Shown one piece after another: positions 1-7,913 of a DNA stretch of 64,000 nt. The number at the start of each line of letters is the position of its first letter. The stretch's first letter is position 1. This stretch comes from Chthoniobacterales bacterium. GTDB lineage: Bacteria > Verrucomicrobiota > Verrucomicrobiia > Chthoniobacterales > Chthoniobacteraceae. The translations under genes and the position numbers were made by a program. Location: the NCBI GenBank assembly GCA_038207335.1, contig JBBQZX010000027.1, forward strand, positions 19,427-83,426, read 5' to 3'. Under the pieces are notes generated by a model, which was not told the origin of the DNA, ran no database searches, and was given only the letters and a program-made list of their open reading frames with translations.

Positions 1-147
1 GCGAGCATCGGGACGAGCACGCTACAGGTGGTGCGGAATCCGAGCTGGCTGACGCCGTATCTCGGCTGCGCGCTGGTGGCGCTGGGGATGGTATGGCAGT
101 TTTTGTATCACCTCGTGGGGTTCATCAAGAAACGGAGAACTGTATGA
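1..147 (+). CDS. resB: C-terminal fragment of cytochrome c biogenesis protein ResB/CcsB (5' truncated by window)
   Basis: Frame 1 reads ...STLQVVRNPSWLTPYLGCALVALGMVWQF...KKRRTV*, the ResB C-terminal pattern; its TGA overlaps the ccsA ATG (ATGA at 144-147). Confidence 0.75.
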   Translation, partial: ASIGTSTLQVVRNPSWLTPYLGCALVALGMVWQFLYHLVGFIKKRRTV

Positions 148-2177
148 AAAAGTGGATTCCTCTCATCTTCGCCGCCGTGTTCGCGGCTTGGGTCGTCGCC
201 GGGCTGCGCGCTCCGAGGGATAAGGCGGGCGAGTTCGCTTCGCAGGAGTTTGGCCGCCTGCCGATCGTGGCGAATGGGCGGTATCAACCGCTGGATTCGC
301 TGGCGCGAAATTCCCTGCTGCAGCTTCGAGAAAAGCAGACGGCAAATCTTGAGCCGTGGAAGGACAACTCCGCGCATCCGAAGATCATCCCGGCGATCGA
401 CTGGCTCATGGCGATGCTGATGAATCCAGAGCTGGCGGATACTTGGCCTGTCATTCGAATCGATCATCCCGAACTCGTCGGTTTGCTCGCGCTGCCGGGT
501 GGCGCGGATGCGGAGAAGCAGACAGATGGGAAGCATTTTTCCTGGAACGCGATGAAGGAGAAGATCGGCGTGCTAATGGATGAGTCGCGGCGCGCGGGGA
601 AGATCGACTCGTCGAAGCGGACGCCTTACGAGCAGGCCGTCATCCGGCTTGCGACGACGATCGGGAATTACGCGCGGCTGCAAAATGCAATGGAGCCGCA
701 TCCGTCGATCGTGACTGCGCTGCTGAAAAGCGACCCGAGCCAGAATGCGCAGATGTTTCTAAAGCTGGTCGATGAGACGCACCCGCCGGACGTGAAGGAC
801 TGGCGCGCTGAGCTGGCAAAATTCCGCGAGAACCGCGAGCGGGAGCTGGCGGCGTTTGAGAATGCGCAGGGCAAGCGGCCGTTCGATGAAGCGGCGTTTG
901 ATTCGTTCAAGCAGAACATGGTGCGCTTCGAGGCGATGGGGATGGAGGGCCAGCCGATGCTGATCCCGCCTGCGACCGCGGGTGATGACGGCAAGGATGG
1001 TTGGCAGCGCACGGGCGATGCGCTGATGGCGGCGGCGCAGCATGCGGATCCGGGAACGCCGGTGCCGCCCGCGCTCGGATATTACGCGGACATGGCGACG
1101 GCGTATCGGGAGGGGCAGCCGGAAGCTTTTAACGCGGCGCTGGAGCGGTTTCGCGGGGTGCTTTCGACGCAGTTCGAGCCGCAGCTGAAGAAGGGCGCAC
1201 GCGAGCAGTTCTTCAACGCGTTCGAGCCTTTCTACAAAGCGATGGTGATCTACGTGACGGCGTTTCTGTGCGCGATCGTGTTTTGGTTTGCGCCGCTTCG
1301 CTTCGAGTGGCTGCGGCGCAGCGCGGTGTGGCTCGTGGTCGTGGCACTCGTCGTCCACACGAGCGGCTTGCTTTTCCGCATGACTCTGGAGGGCCGCCCT
1401 CCGGTGACGAATCTCTACTCGTCCGCGATCTTCATCGGCTGGGGCGCGTGCATCCTCGGGCTCGTGCTGGAGCGCTTTTGGCGCAACTCCATCGGCGTCG
1501 TGGTTTCGAGCGTGATTGGCTTTCTCACGCTGATCATCGCGCATCATCTTTCGCTCAGCGGCGACACGATGGAAATGATGCGCGCGGTGCTCGACACGAA
1601 TTTCTGGCTCGCGACGCACGTCGTCGTCGTGACGCTCGGATACGCGTCAACATTCGTCGCCGGGTTCCTCGCGATGATCTACATTTTGCGCGGCGTCTTC
1701 ACGAAGTCGCTCGACGCGGCGACGGCGAAATCGCTCGCGAAAATGGTCTATGGCATCGTGTGTTTTGCCACGCTGTTTTCATTCGTCGGCACCGTGCTCG
1801 GCGGCATCTGGGCGGATCAAAGCTGGGGCCGTTTCTGGGGCTGGGACCCGAAGGAAAACGGCGCGCTGATCATTGTTCTTTGGAATGCGCTGATCCTGCA
1901 CGCGCGCTGGGGCGGCATGGTGCGCGAGCGCGGGCTGATGAATCTGGCGATCGTCGGCAACATCGTCACGAGCTGGTCGTGGTTCGGCGTGAACATGCTG
2001 GGGATCGGCCTGCACGCTTACGGATTCATGGACGCGGCGTTTCACTGGCTGCTCTTTTTCGTCTGCACGCAGCTCCTTTTCATCCTGCTCGGCTCGCTGC
2101 CGCAGCGGCTCTGGCGCAGCTTTTCAAAAGACGTAAGCACTCCGAAATCGGGCGGTCTGCTGCCGGTCAGCGCTTAG
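144..2177 (+). CDS. ccsA: System II cytochrome c biogenesis protein CcsA with a large N-terminal extracytoplasmic domain
   Basis: WWD motif WADQSWGRFWGWDPKE, LDTNFWLATHV, GLHAYG, several TM helices; start moved to MKKWIPL at 144. Confidence 0.92.
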   Translation: MKKWIPLIFAAVFAAWVVAGLRAPRDKAGEFASQEFGRLPIVANGRYQPLDSLARNSLLQLREKQTANLEPWKDNSAHPKIIPAIDWLMAMLMNPELADTWPVIRIDHPELVGLLALPGGADAEKQTDGKHFSWNAMKEKIGVLMDESRRAGKIDSSKRTPYEQAVIRLATTIGNYARLQNAMEPHPSIVTALLKSDPSQNAQMFLKLVDETHPPDVKDWRAELAKFRENRERELAAFENAQGKRPFDEAAFDSFKQNMVRFEAMGMEGQPMLIPPATAGDDGKDGWQRTGDALMAAAQHADPGTPVPPALGYYADMATAYREGQPEAFNAALERFRGVLSTQFEPQLKKGAREQFFNAFEPFYKAMVIYVTAFLCAIVFWFAPLRFEWLRRSAVWLVVVALVVHTSGLLFRMTLEGRPPVTNLYSSAIFIGWGACILGLVLERFWRNSIGVVVSSVIGFLTLIIAHHLSLSGDTMEMMRAVLDTNFWLATHVVVVTLGYASTFVAGFLAMIYILRGVFTKSLDAATAKSLAKMVYGIVCFATLFSFVGTVLGGIWADQSWGRFWGWDPKENGALIIVLWNALILHARWGGMVRERGLMNLAIVGNIVTSWSWFGVNMLGIGLHAYGFMDAAFHWLLFFVCTQLLFILLGSLPQRLWRSFSKDVSTPKSGGLLPVSA

Positions 2178-2182
2178 CGGAA

Positions 2183-2635
2183 GTGCCCGCGATTTTCCTC
2201 CAAAATCGGCAGCGATCCGTGCGCTTCGATCTCGCGTGGCTGCGGCGCGTGGCGGCGGCCGCGGTGGAGAAATGTTGCGATGTTTCGGCGGATGGGCGCT
2301 TTGCCTTGAAGGCGCTGGATGAGGTGGAAGTCGCGGTCGTTTCCGATCGCACGATCGCGCGGGTGCATCGCGATTTCATGGCGATCCCCGGAGCCACGGA
2401 CGTAATCACTTTCGCCCACGGCGAGATCGTGATGAGCGCGGAGACGGCGCGCGCAAACGCGCGGGAATACGGCCATACGGCCGCGGAGGAATTAGCGCTT
2501 TACACGGTGCATGGGTTGCTCCACCTGAATGGCTTCGAGGACAAAACTTCGCGGGATGCGATTCGGATGCGACGCGTCCAGAGCCGCATCCTGCGAGAGT
2601 GCCTCGCACAAACTCCCCATCCCCAACGACCATGA
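2183..2635 (+). CDS. ybeY: rRNA maturation endoribonuclease YbeY
   Basis: ATDVITF, GEIVMS and HGLLHLNGFED zinc motif in the 3' part of ORF 1268..2635; GTG start just after the ccsA stop. Confidence 0.88.
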   Translation: MPAIFLQNRQRSVRFDLAWLRRVAAAAVEKCCDVSADGRFALKALDEVEVAVVSDRTIARVHRDFMAIPGATDVITFAHGEIVMSAETARANAREYGHTAAEELALYTVHGLLHLNGFEDKTSRDAIRMRRVQSRILRECLAQTPHPQRP

Positions 2636-3639
2636 AATCCCTCCGCCCACATCTCGTCGCATTTTCACTCGCCGCCCTGCTCGCCGCTCCGCTCGCGCGG
2701 GCTCAACAGCAGGACGCGCCGCCTGTCGATACCGCGCAGCTTTTGCAGGCACTGAAGTCGATGCGTGAGCAGCAGGCCGCGCAGATGAAGGCGCTGCGCC
2801 TGAAAGCCGCGAGCGCCGTGCAGAGCGCCGCCGCGAGCGGAGCCGCCGCGGCGGCCGCGTGGGAGGAGGCGGTGAAGCAGACGCAATTCAACGGTGCGGA
2901 TCACGAGGCGGCGACGTTCCGCGACTGGAAAGAAAAGGAGGGCGATGCACTCAAAGAGCCGGAGGTGCAAAATGCTGCTCGGCTGTATTTTGTCTGGCTC
3001 GGGATCACGCTCCAGCGCTCGGCCGGTGGGGTGGTGAAAGACATGCTGCCGCAAATCGTGCAATTCACGAAAGAGGTGACGGCGGATGCGATCGCGATGG
3101 ACGCGTTTGACGAGAAGATGAAACGGGAGAAAGAGCGCCGCTCCGCGAATGCGAAAGAGAAGGTGAAAGACGACGCCGTCGCGCGGCGGATGCACGATCA
3201 GATTTTGCGAAAAGGACTCGCGGGATCGCCGCCCGTGCAGGCGATGAAAATCTCGGATTACGTGAACGTCGGGAAGTGGGAGGGGGCGGCGGGAAATGTG
3301 GACGGGATTTTCAACAACATCATCCTGCCCGAGCTGCGGGCTGAGCGCGACCCGCGGCTGCTCGAGTATTGGGACATGAAAATCAAGCGCGAGGGCGAGG
3401 TTGCCGCGAAGTCGAAGCTGGCGTTCGACTCGGATAAATTCACGCAAGTTCGGCGACCGGAGCTCGCGTGGGCAAAGGCGCAGGACGAGGCGCTCATCGG
3501 ACAGCGGAACCGCGCGATCAGTGACATGTTTACGCTCATCAAAAACTATCCTGCGCACCCGAATGCCGCCGAATGGATCGGTGGACTCGAGGCGCTGCTC
3601 GTGCCGGCGCAGCCTGTGACGCCGGTGCCGGCGCAATAG
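2632..3639 (+). CDS. Hypothetical exported alpha-helical protein
   Basis: Signal peptide MKSLRPHLVAFSLAALLAAPLARA; ATGA overlap with ybeY; C-terminal TPR-like LIKNYPAHPNA segment. Confidence 0.8.
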   Translation: MKSLRPHLVAFSLAALLAAPLARAQQQDAPPVDTAQLLQALKSMREQQAAQMKALRLKAASAVQSAAASGAAAAAAWEEAVKQTQFNGADHEAATFRDWKEKEGDALKEPEVQNAARLYFVWLGITLQRSAGGVVKDMLPQIVQFTKEVTADAIAMDAFDEKMKREKERRSANAKEKVKDDAVARRMHDQILRKGLAGSPPVQAMKISDYVNVGKWEGAAGNVDGIFNNIILPELRAERDPRLLEYWDMKIKREGEVAAKSKLAFDSDKFTQVRRPELAWAKAQDEALIGQRNRAISDMFTLIKNYPAHPNAAEWIGGLEALLVPAQPVTPVPAQ

Positions 3640-3651
3640 CATTTCCGCACG

Positions 3652-3933
3652 ATGGCGCAGGTCGAACTCGAGGACGAAACGGAGACGCGCGAGGACCTCG
3701 ATGTGCCGTGGATCGTGATCGTCCACAACGACCCGGTGAACCTCATGAGCTATGTCACGCGCGTCTTTCAGCAAGTCTTCGGATTCGCACGCGCGAAGGC
3801 CGAAAAGCACATGCTGGAAGTGCATCAAAAAGGCCGCTCGATCGTGTGGAGCGGGCTGCGCGAGCCGGCGGAAAATTACGTGCAGCAGCTCCACAGTCAC
3901 CTCCTCCTCGCGACACTCGAGCGGCGCGTTTGA
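3652..3933 (+). CDS. clpS: ATP-dependent Clp protease adaptor ClpS
   Basis: WIVIVHNDPVNLMSYV...MLEVHQKGRSIVWSG matches ClpS fold motifs. Confidence 0.92.
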   Translation: MAQVELEDETETREDLDVPWIVIVHNDPVNLMSYVTRVFQQVFGFARAKAEKHMLEVHQKGRSIVWSGLREPAENYVQQLHSHLLLATLERRV

Positions 3934-3946
3934 AAAGGAGGGGCGT

Positions 3947-4438
3947 GTGAGAATCCGGCGAATCGACGAGCAGTCAGTCGCGATCAGCGGGCTCGATGTC
4001 TTTTGCTGCGAACTGCTGCACCAGATCGCCGTGAGCGCGGAATCCAACGACCCGAAAGTCCGTGCGAGGCTCTTCACCTCACCGACTCGCGGCGACGAGG
4101 CGGAACTTCAGCGCGACTGGGAAAAATACGTGCATCCTGACCTCCGCCGCATTTTCCAGTCCGCGGTCGAAGTCGTGAAGAGCGACCTCCGTGATTTTCC
4201 GCCCGACGCGCCCGCCGATTTCCACACGCTCACGCTTCCCGTCAGCCATCTCGACGCGTGGATTCACGCGCTGAATCAAGCGCGCCTCTCGCTCACCGCG
4301 ACCCACGATTTTGGCGAAGCCGAGATGGAGCGCCCGATCGCGACGGACGGGGACACCCGCGCCCTGGCCCTCTTCCAGACGCACTTCTACGGCTTTTTGC
4401 TGGAGTGTTTTCTGCGCGAAGTGGACTCCGGCGAGTGA
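3947..4438 (+). CDS. DUF2017-family protein
   Basis: GTG start after SD-like AAGGAGG; RLFTSP...DWEKYVHPDL...AWIHALNQARLSL pattern; directly follows clpS. Confidence 0.7.
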   Translation: MRIRRIDEQSVAISGLDVFCCELLHQIAVSAESNDPKVRARLFTSPTRGDEAELQRDWEKYVHPDLRRIFQSAVEVVKSDLRDFPPDAPADFHTLTLPVSHLDAWIHALNQARLSLTATHDFGEAEMERPIATDGDTRALALFQTHFYGFLLECFLREVDSGE

Positions 4439-4518
4439 GCCCGCGCCGAGCTTCATCGCGCGAAACTTGTGCTTGCGCGAAAACGCGCGGCTGCTAGAAA
4501 TCTCACCCCTTCAAAAAA

Positions 4519-4600
4519 GCTCGGATGGTGAAATTGGCAGACACGTACGTTTGAGGGGCGTATGCCGCAAGGCGTGGGGGTTCAAGTCCCCCTCCGAGCA
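4519..4600 (+). tRNA. tRNA-Leu(GAG)
   Basis: Acceptor stem GCTCGGA/TCCGAGC plus A; anticodon arm TACGT-TTGAGGG-GCGTA; long variable arm; GGTTCAAGTCC T-arm; CCA not encoded. Confidence 0.95.
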
Positions 4601-4681
4601 CTCTCTCCGCGCGAATCGGCGCTGCCCATGGAGGAAACTGCTCATTGACCCGTCTCACTGCTGTGGCGAAAAGTCGGCGGC

Positions 4682-5749
4682 GTGAACGGCATGCGCCTCT
4701 TCCTACTGCACTGCGTCCGTCGGGTTTTTATTTCGAGCATCGCCATCGCCGGTGGACCTTTGCTGGCAGCGCAGGACGAGGCGCGCGGGGGATTCGACGT
4801 GAAGACGACCGACTCGCGGATCGAGGTCGCGGGCGAGGCGTTGGACTTTGCGATCCCGAAGAGAGGTTACGTCACGGGAGTCGCGGCGGGGAGTTTGGTC
4901 GATAAAAAGACCGGCTTCCACGATCCGGGATTTGGGCTTGATGTCGTCGATTTTTTGCTCGAGCCGGGGGGCGATGCGGCGGACCGCGCGCAGCTCGCGG
5001 AGAACATGCGCTACGACGTGGGGAATCTTTTCCACGGACAGCGCGAGAAGCGGATCATCGAGGGGCCGCAGATTTGCACGCAGGCAAAGACGCTCGCGCC
5101 GGAGGTTATTCGCGGCGCGGATTTCCTCGCGGTGAAGCAGAGCTGGAACTTCACCGATGCCGCGCCGGGCAGGAAAAAGGGCTCGACGTGGGAGCAGACG
5201 ATCGTCGTCCCGCGCAGCGCGAGATACTTCATCGCGGCGGATCGGATGACGGTGGTGAATGACAGCCCCGCGCTCGCGTTTCGCCTCGATCTGCCGGGGC
5301 ACATCCGGCACAGCGGCGGCGACACTTTCAGCGAAATCTACCTCAGCTACCTCGGCCACATCGCGCCGTCAGAGTTCCTCACCGACTTCGCGCCGGATGC
5401 GAAATTCAACTACCGCCGCGACGCCGGCAAAGTGCCCGAGCGCATGATCCGCGCATACCGCCTCCGCGATCCCAAGACTGGCCGCGACGGCCCGTGGCTC
5501 GCGGGCATGACGCTGAACCCCGCGGACGTGAGCGAGGCGTGGTGCCACCAGCGCGGCTACGTGTGCTTCATCGAGGAAATCGGTGAGCGGTCGATCAAAG
5601 CGGGCGCGTCCTTTGGCGCTGCCTACGTCATCGGATACTTCGATTCGATCGAGGAAATGAACGCGGTTTACGACCGCTTCAAGGGCAGCAGTATCCTCAC
5701 GGCGAACGAGAAGGCCTGGAAGCTCACGCCGGAATCTCCGGCGCCCTGA
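4682..5749 (+). CDS. Hypothetical exported protein of unknown function
   Basis: 355-aa ORF with hydrophobic N-terminus and coding-like codon use; start may be ATG 4691. Confidence 0.75.
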   Translation: MNGMRLFLLHCVRRVFISSIAIAGGPLLAAQDEARGGFDVKTTDSRIEVAGEALDFAIPKRGYVTGVAAGSLVDKKTGFHDPGFGLDVVDFLLEPGGDAADRAQLAENMRYDVGNLFHGQREKRIIEGPQICTQAKTLAPEVIRGADFLAVKQSWNFTDAAPGRKKGSTWEQTIVVPRSARYFIAADRMTVVNDSPALAFRLDLPGHIRHSGGDTFSEIYLSYLGHIAPSEFLTDFAPDAKFNYRRDAGKVPERMIRAYRLRDPKTGRDGPWLAGMTLNPADVSEAWCHQRGYVCFIEEIGERSIKAGASFGAAYVIGYFDSIEEMNAVYDRFKGSSILTANEKAWKLTPESPAP

Positions 5750-5826
5750 GGAGGGGAATAGTTGTCGATCCGTGCGGAAGGCACATCCCGCTCTCAAGCA
5801 ATGTCGCTTGTCCCGGATGCCAGTCG

Positions 5827-6351
5827 CTACTTTGCGAGAAGCCCGCGGAGCGCGGGAATGGCGAACCCTTTCACCACGACGCTGCGCAACTCCCCAGTCC
5901 CCGACTTGAGCGCGAGTTCGTAGCCCTCCGCGCGCAGGAGGTATTGCTCGATCACCGCTCGCTCCGGATCGCCGATCCGATACTCACCCACGCCGTGCGC
6001 CTGAAAATCCTCAAACTTCACCCCGCGATCCCGTGTCTCGGTCGAATCCGAAAGCACCTCGACGATGAGATCCGGGATGGAAAACTTAATCGTCTCATTT
6101 GCGAACGCCGCCGTCTTCTCCGGCGCAAAAAAAACGACATCCGGCTCGTAATCGTTGCGGGGGAAGACACAGAGACATTTCTCCATCTTCACGCCGAGCT
6201 TCCTGCTTTCCACATGCGCGCGCAGCAGCGTCGCGATGTTTAACGTCACATCGAGATGCACATATTCGGGGGAGCCCTCCGCCGGTTGTGGCGGTGGCGT
6301 AATTGAACGGAGTTTGTCGCGTTTTTTTGTCGCCCGGCGCCGACTCGCCAT
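5827..6351 (-). CDS. Uma2 (DUF820) family endonuclease, possibly degenerate
   Basis: YEPDVVFF, PDLIVEVLSDST..RDRGVKF, GVGEY..DP motifs; N-terminus atypical and EYRIGDP in place of the usual EYWIVDP. Confidence 0.7.
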   Translation of the reverse strand: MASRRRATKKRDKLRSITPPPQPAEGSPEYVHLDVTLNIATLLRAHVESRKLGVKMEKCLCVFPRNDYEPDVVFFAPEKTAAFANETIKFSIPDLIVEVLSDSTETRDRGVKFEDFQAHGVGEYRIGDPERAVIEQYLLRAEGYELALKSGTGELRSVVVKGFAIPALRGLLAK

Positions 6352-6657
6352 CGCTTCGGATTGCCAAAAGAGTTCTCCGCAAGTGTAGCCGCGGAAAAGT
6401 TCATCGTGAAATCCTTGGATGTCCCAGCCGAGCAGCCTCCCGTCGGTCCCCGCATCATCCGGGCACCACCGCGGATGATACTACTCGAGTTGATGTAACT
6501 CACCGCAGCGCGGGCATTCAACGAATATAGGACGAGGAGGTTGCATATGCCTCTCCTACGAACGAGCCGGTTGAGTTTCTACTCGAACCAAGCGAACTGG
6601 GGAAATTCGCGGAATTGAGCGGAAAAGTGGGGCGAGACGATATTTCTTGACCAGATT

Positions 6658-6701
6658 TTAACCCTTTTCGCGTTTTCCTTGTGTTTGCGCGGTTCGTGTT
6701 C
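6658..6701. repeat. Half or degenerate copy of a 9-nt-periodic intergenic repeat
   Basis: Reverse complement GAACACGAACCGCGCAAACACAAGGAAAACGCGAAAAGGGTTAA resembles the AACCACGAAG elements at 21370 and 61636. Confidence 0.4.
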
Positions 6702-6776
6702 ATACCCATCGACGAAGAGCATCACCCAAAAAATTCGGTTGCCGGATGCGCGGATCCTCGTCGCGATGGGAACCGG

Positions 6777-7907
6777 CTATTTCGCTGGCGTGGGGATGAC
6801 GGTGACGCCTTCGGTGAGGGCGTCGGAGGGGTTGACGACGACTTTGTCGGTGGGGGTGACGCCGCCGTTGATTTCGACGGCGGAGCCGAGGTCGCGGCCG
6901 AGGGCGACGGTGCGAAAGGTGATTTTGTCGTTCTCGACGAGGGCGACCTGCGGGCCTTCGGCGCGGAAGAGGATTGCGTTCGCAGGGAGGGTGAGGAGTG
7001 CCTCGGGTCTGGCTTCGGCGAGGCGGACTTGGGCGTAGCTGCCGGCGAGGATTTCGCCTTTCGCATTATCGACTTCGAGCTCGGTGAGGAGTGTGCGCGT
7101 GGCGGCATCGAGCGCGCCGGCGGTGCGGATGAGTTTGGCCTCGAACTTCTCGCCGGGCCGCTCGGGCAGTGTGAGTTCGGCGGTCTGGCCGACGACGGTG
7201 CCGCGCGCGTAGTTTTGCGGGACGCGGACGAAGACGCGCAGCTTGTCGGTCTGCGCGAGGCGGAAGAGTTCCTGGCCTTCGCCTGCGCTGATGAGCTGGC
7301 CGACGTCGAGGTTTCGCGCGGTGATGGTGCCGGCGAATGGCGCGGTGATTTTCGCAAAGGCGGCGACCTGTTCGAGCCGCTGCACGTTGGCCTTCGCAGC
7401 ATCGACGGTCGCTTTTTTCAAATCGGCGTCGCCCGCTTTTTCATCCGCCTCCTGCGCGCTCACGGTTTTCCCGGCGAGCATTTCCTTCCAGCGTTTGGCG
7501 GTGGAAATCGCGAGGTCGCGCGCGGCTTCGACCTGCACGAGCTGGGCGCGGGCTTGGGAAAGTTCGCGGTCGGTGTCCGGCGTATCGAGTTCGGCGAGGA
7601 GCTGGCCGGCTTCGACTTTCGCGCCGAGATCGACGAGCCAGCGGCGGACGTAGCCATTCACGCGGGCGAGGATGGACGCCTCGCTGACGGGCTTTAGCTC
7701 GCCTGAGAGAACGAGCGCCGAGCCGACTTTTGCCGGGGTGGGGGAGACGACGGCGACGTTCGGAGCGGCGAGGGCTTTTGTGTCGTCCGCGACCTGGTGA
7801 CGAGCGCGCAGGCGAGGTACGAGGCCGATCGCGAGCCCGCCTGCGAGCAGGAGGAAGATGAAGAAGAGGAGGCAGCCGACGCGCGGCGGTTTCGACGGTG
7901 CGTTCAT
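6777..7907 (-). CDS. RND efflux periplasmic adaptor (membrane fusion protein)
   Basis: N-terminal TM; ARVNGYV...DLGAKVEAGQLLAELDTP lipoyl motif; ITAPFAGTI. Confidence 0.92.
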   Translation of the reverse strand: MNAPSKPPRVGCLLFFIFLLLAGGLAIGLVPRLRARHQVADDTKALAAPNVAVVSPTPAKVGSALVLSGELKPVSEASILARVNGYVRRWLVDLGAKVEAGQLLAELDTPDTDRELSQARAQLVQVEAARDLAISTAKRWKEMLAGKTVSAQEADEKAGDADLKKATVDAAKANVQRLEQVAAFAKITAPFAGTITARNLDVGQLISAGEGQELFRLAQTDKLRVFVRVPQNYARGTVVGQTAELTLPERPGEKFEAKLIRTAGALDAATRTLLTELEVDNAKGEILAGSYAQVRLAEARPEALLTLPANAILFRAEGPQVALVENDKITFRTVALGRDLGSAVEINGGVTPTDKVVVNPSDALTEGVTVIPTPAK

Positions 7908-7913
7908 GGATGA

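Noticed and set aside
1268..2635. 455-aa ORF as a long YbeY fusion
   Set aside because: The 5' part is an off-frame overlap of ccsA; only 2183-2635 resembles YbeY
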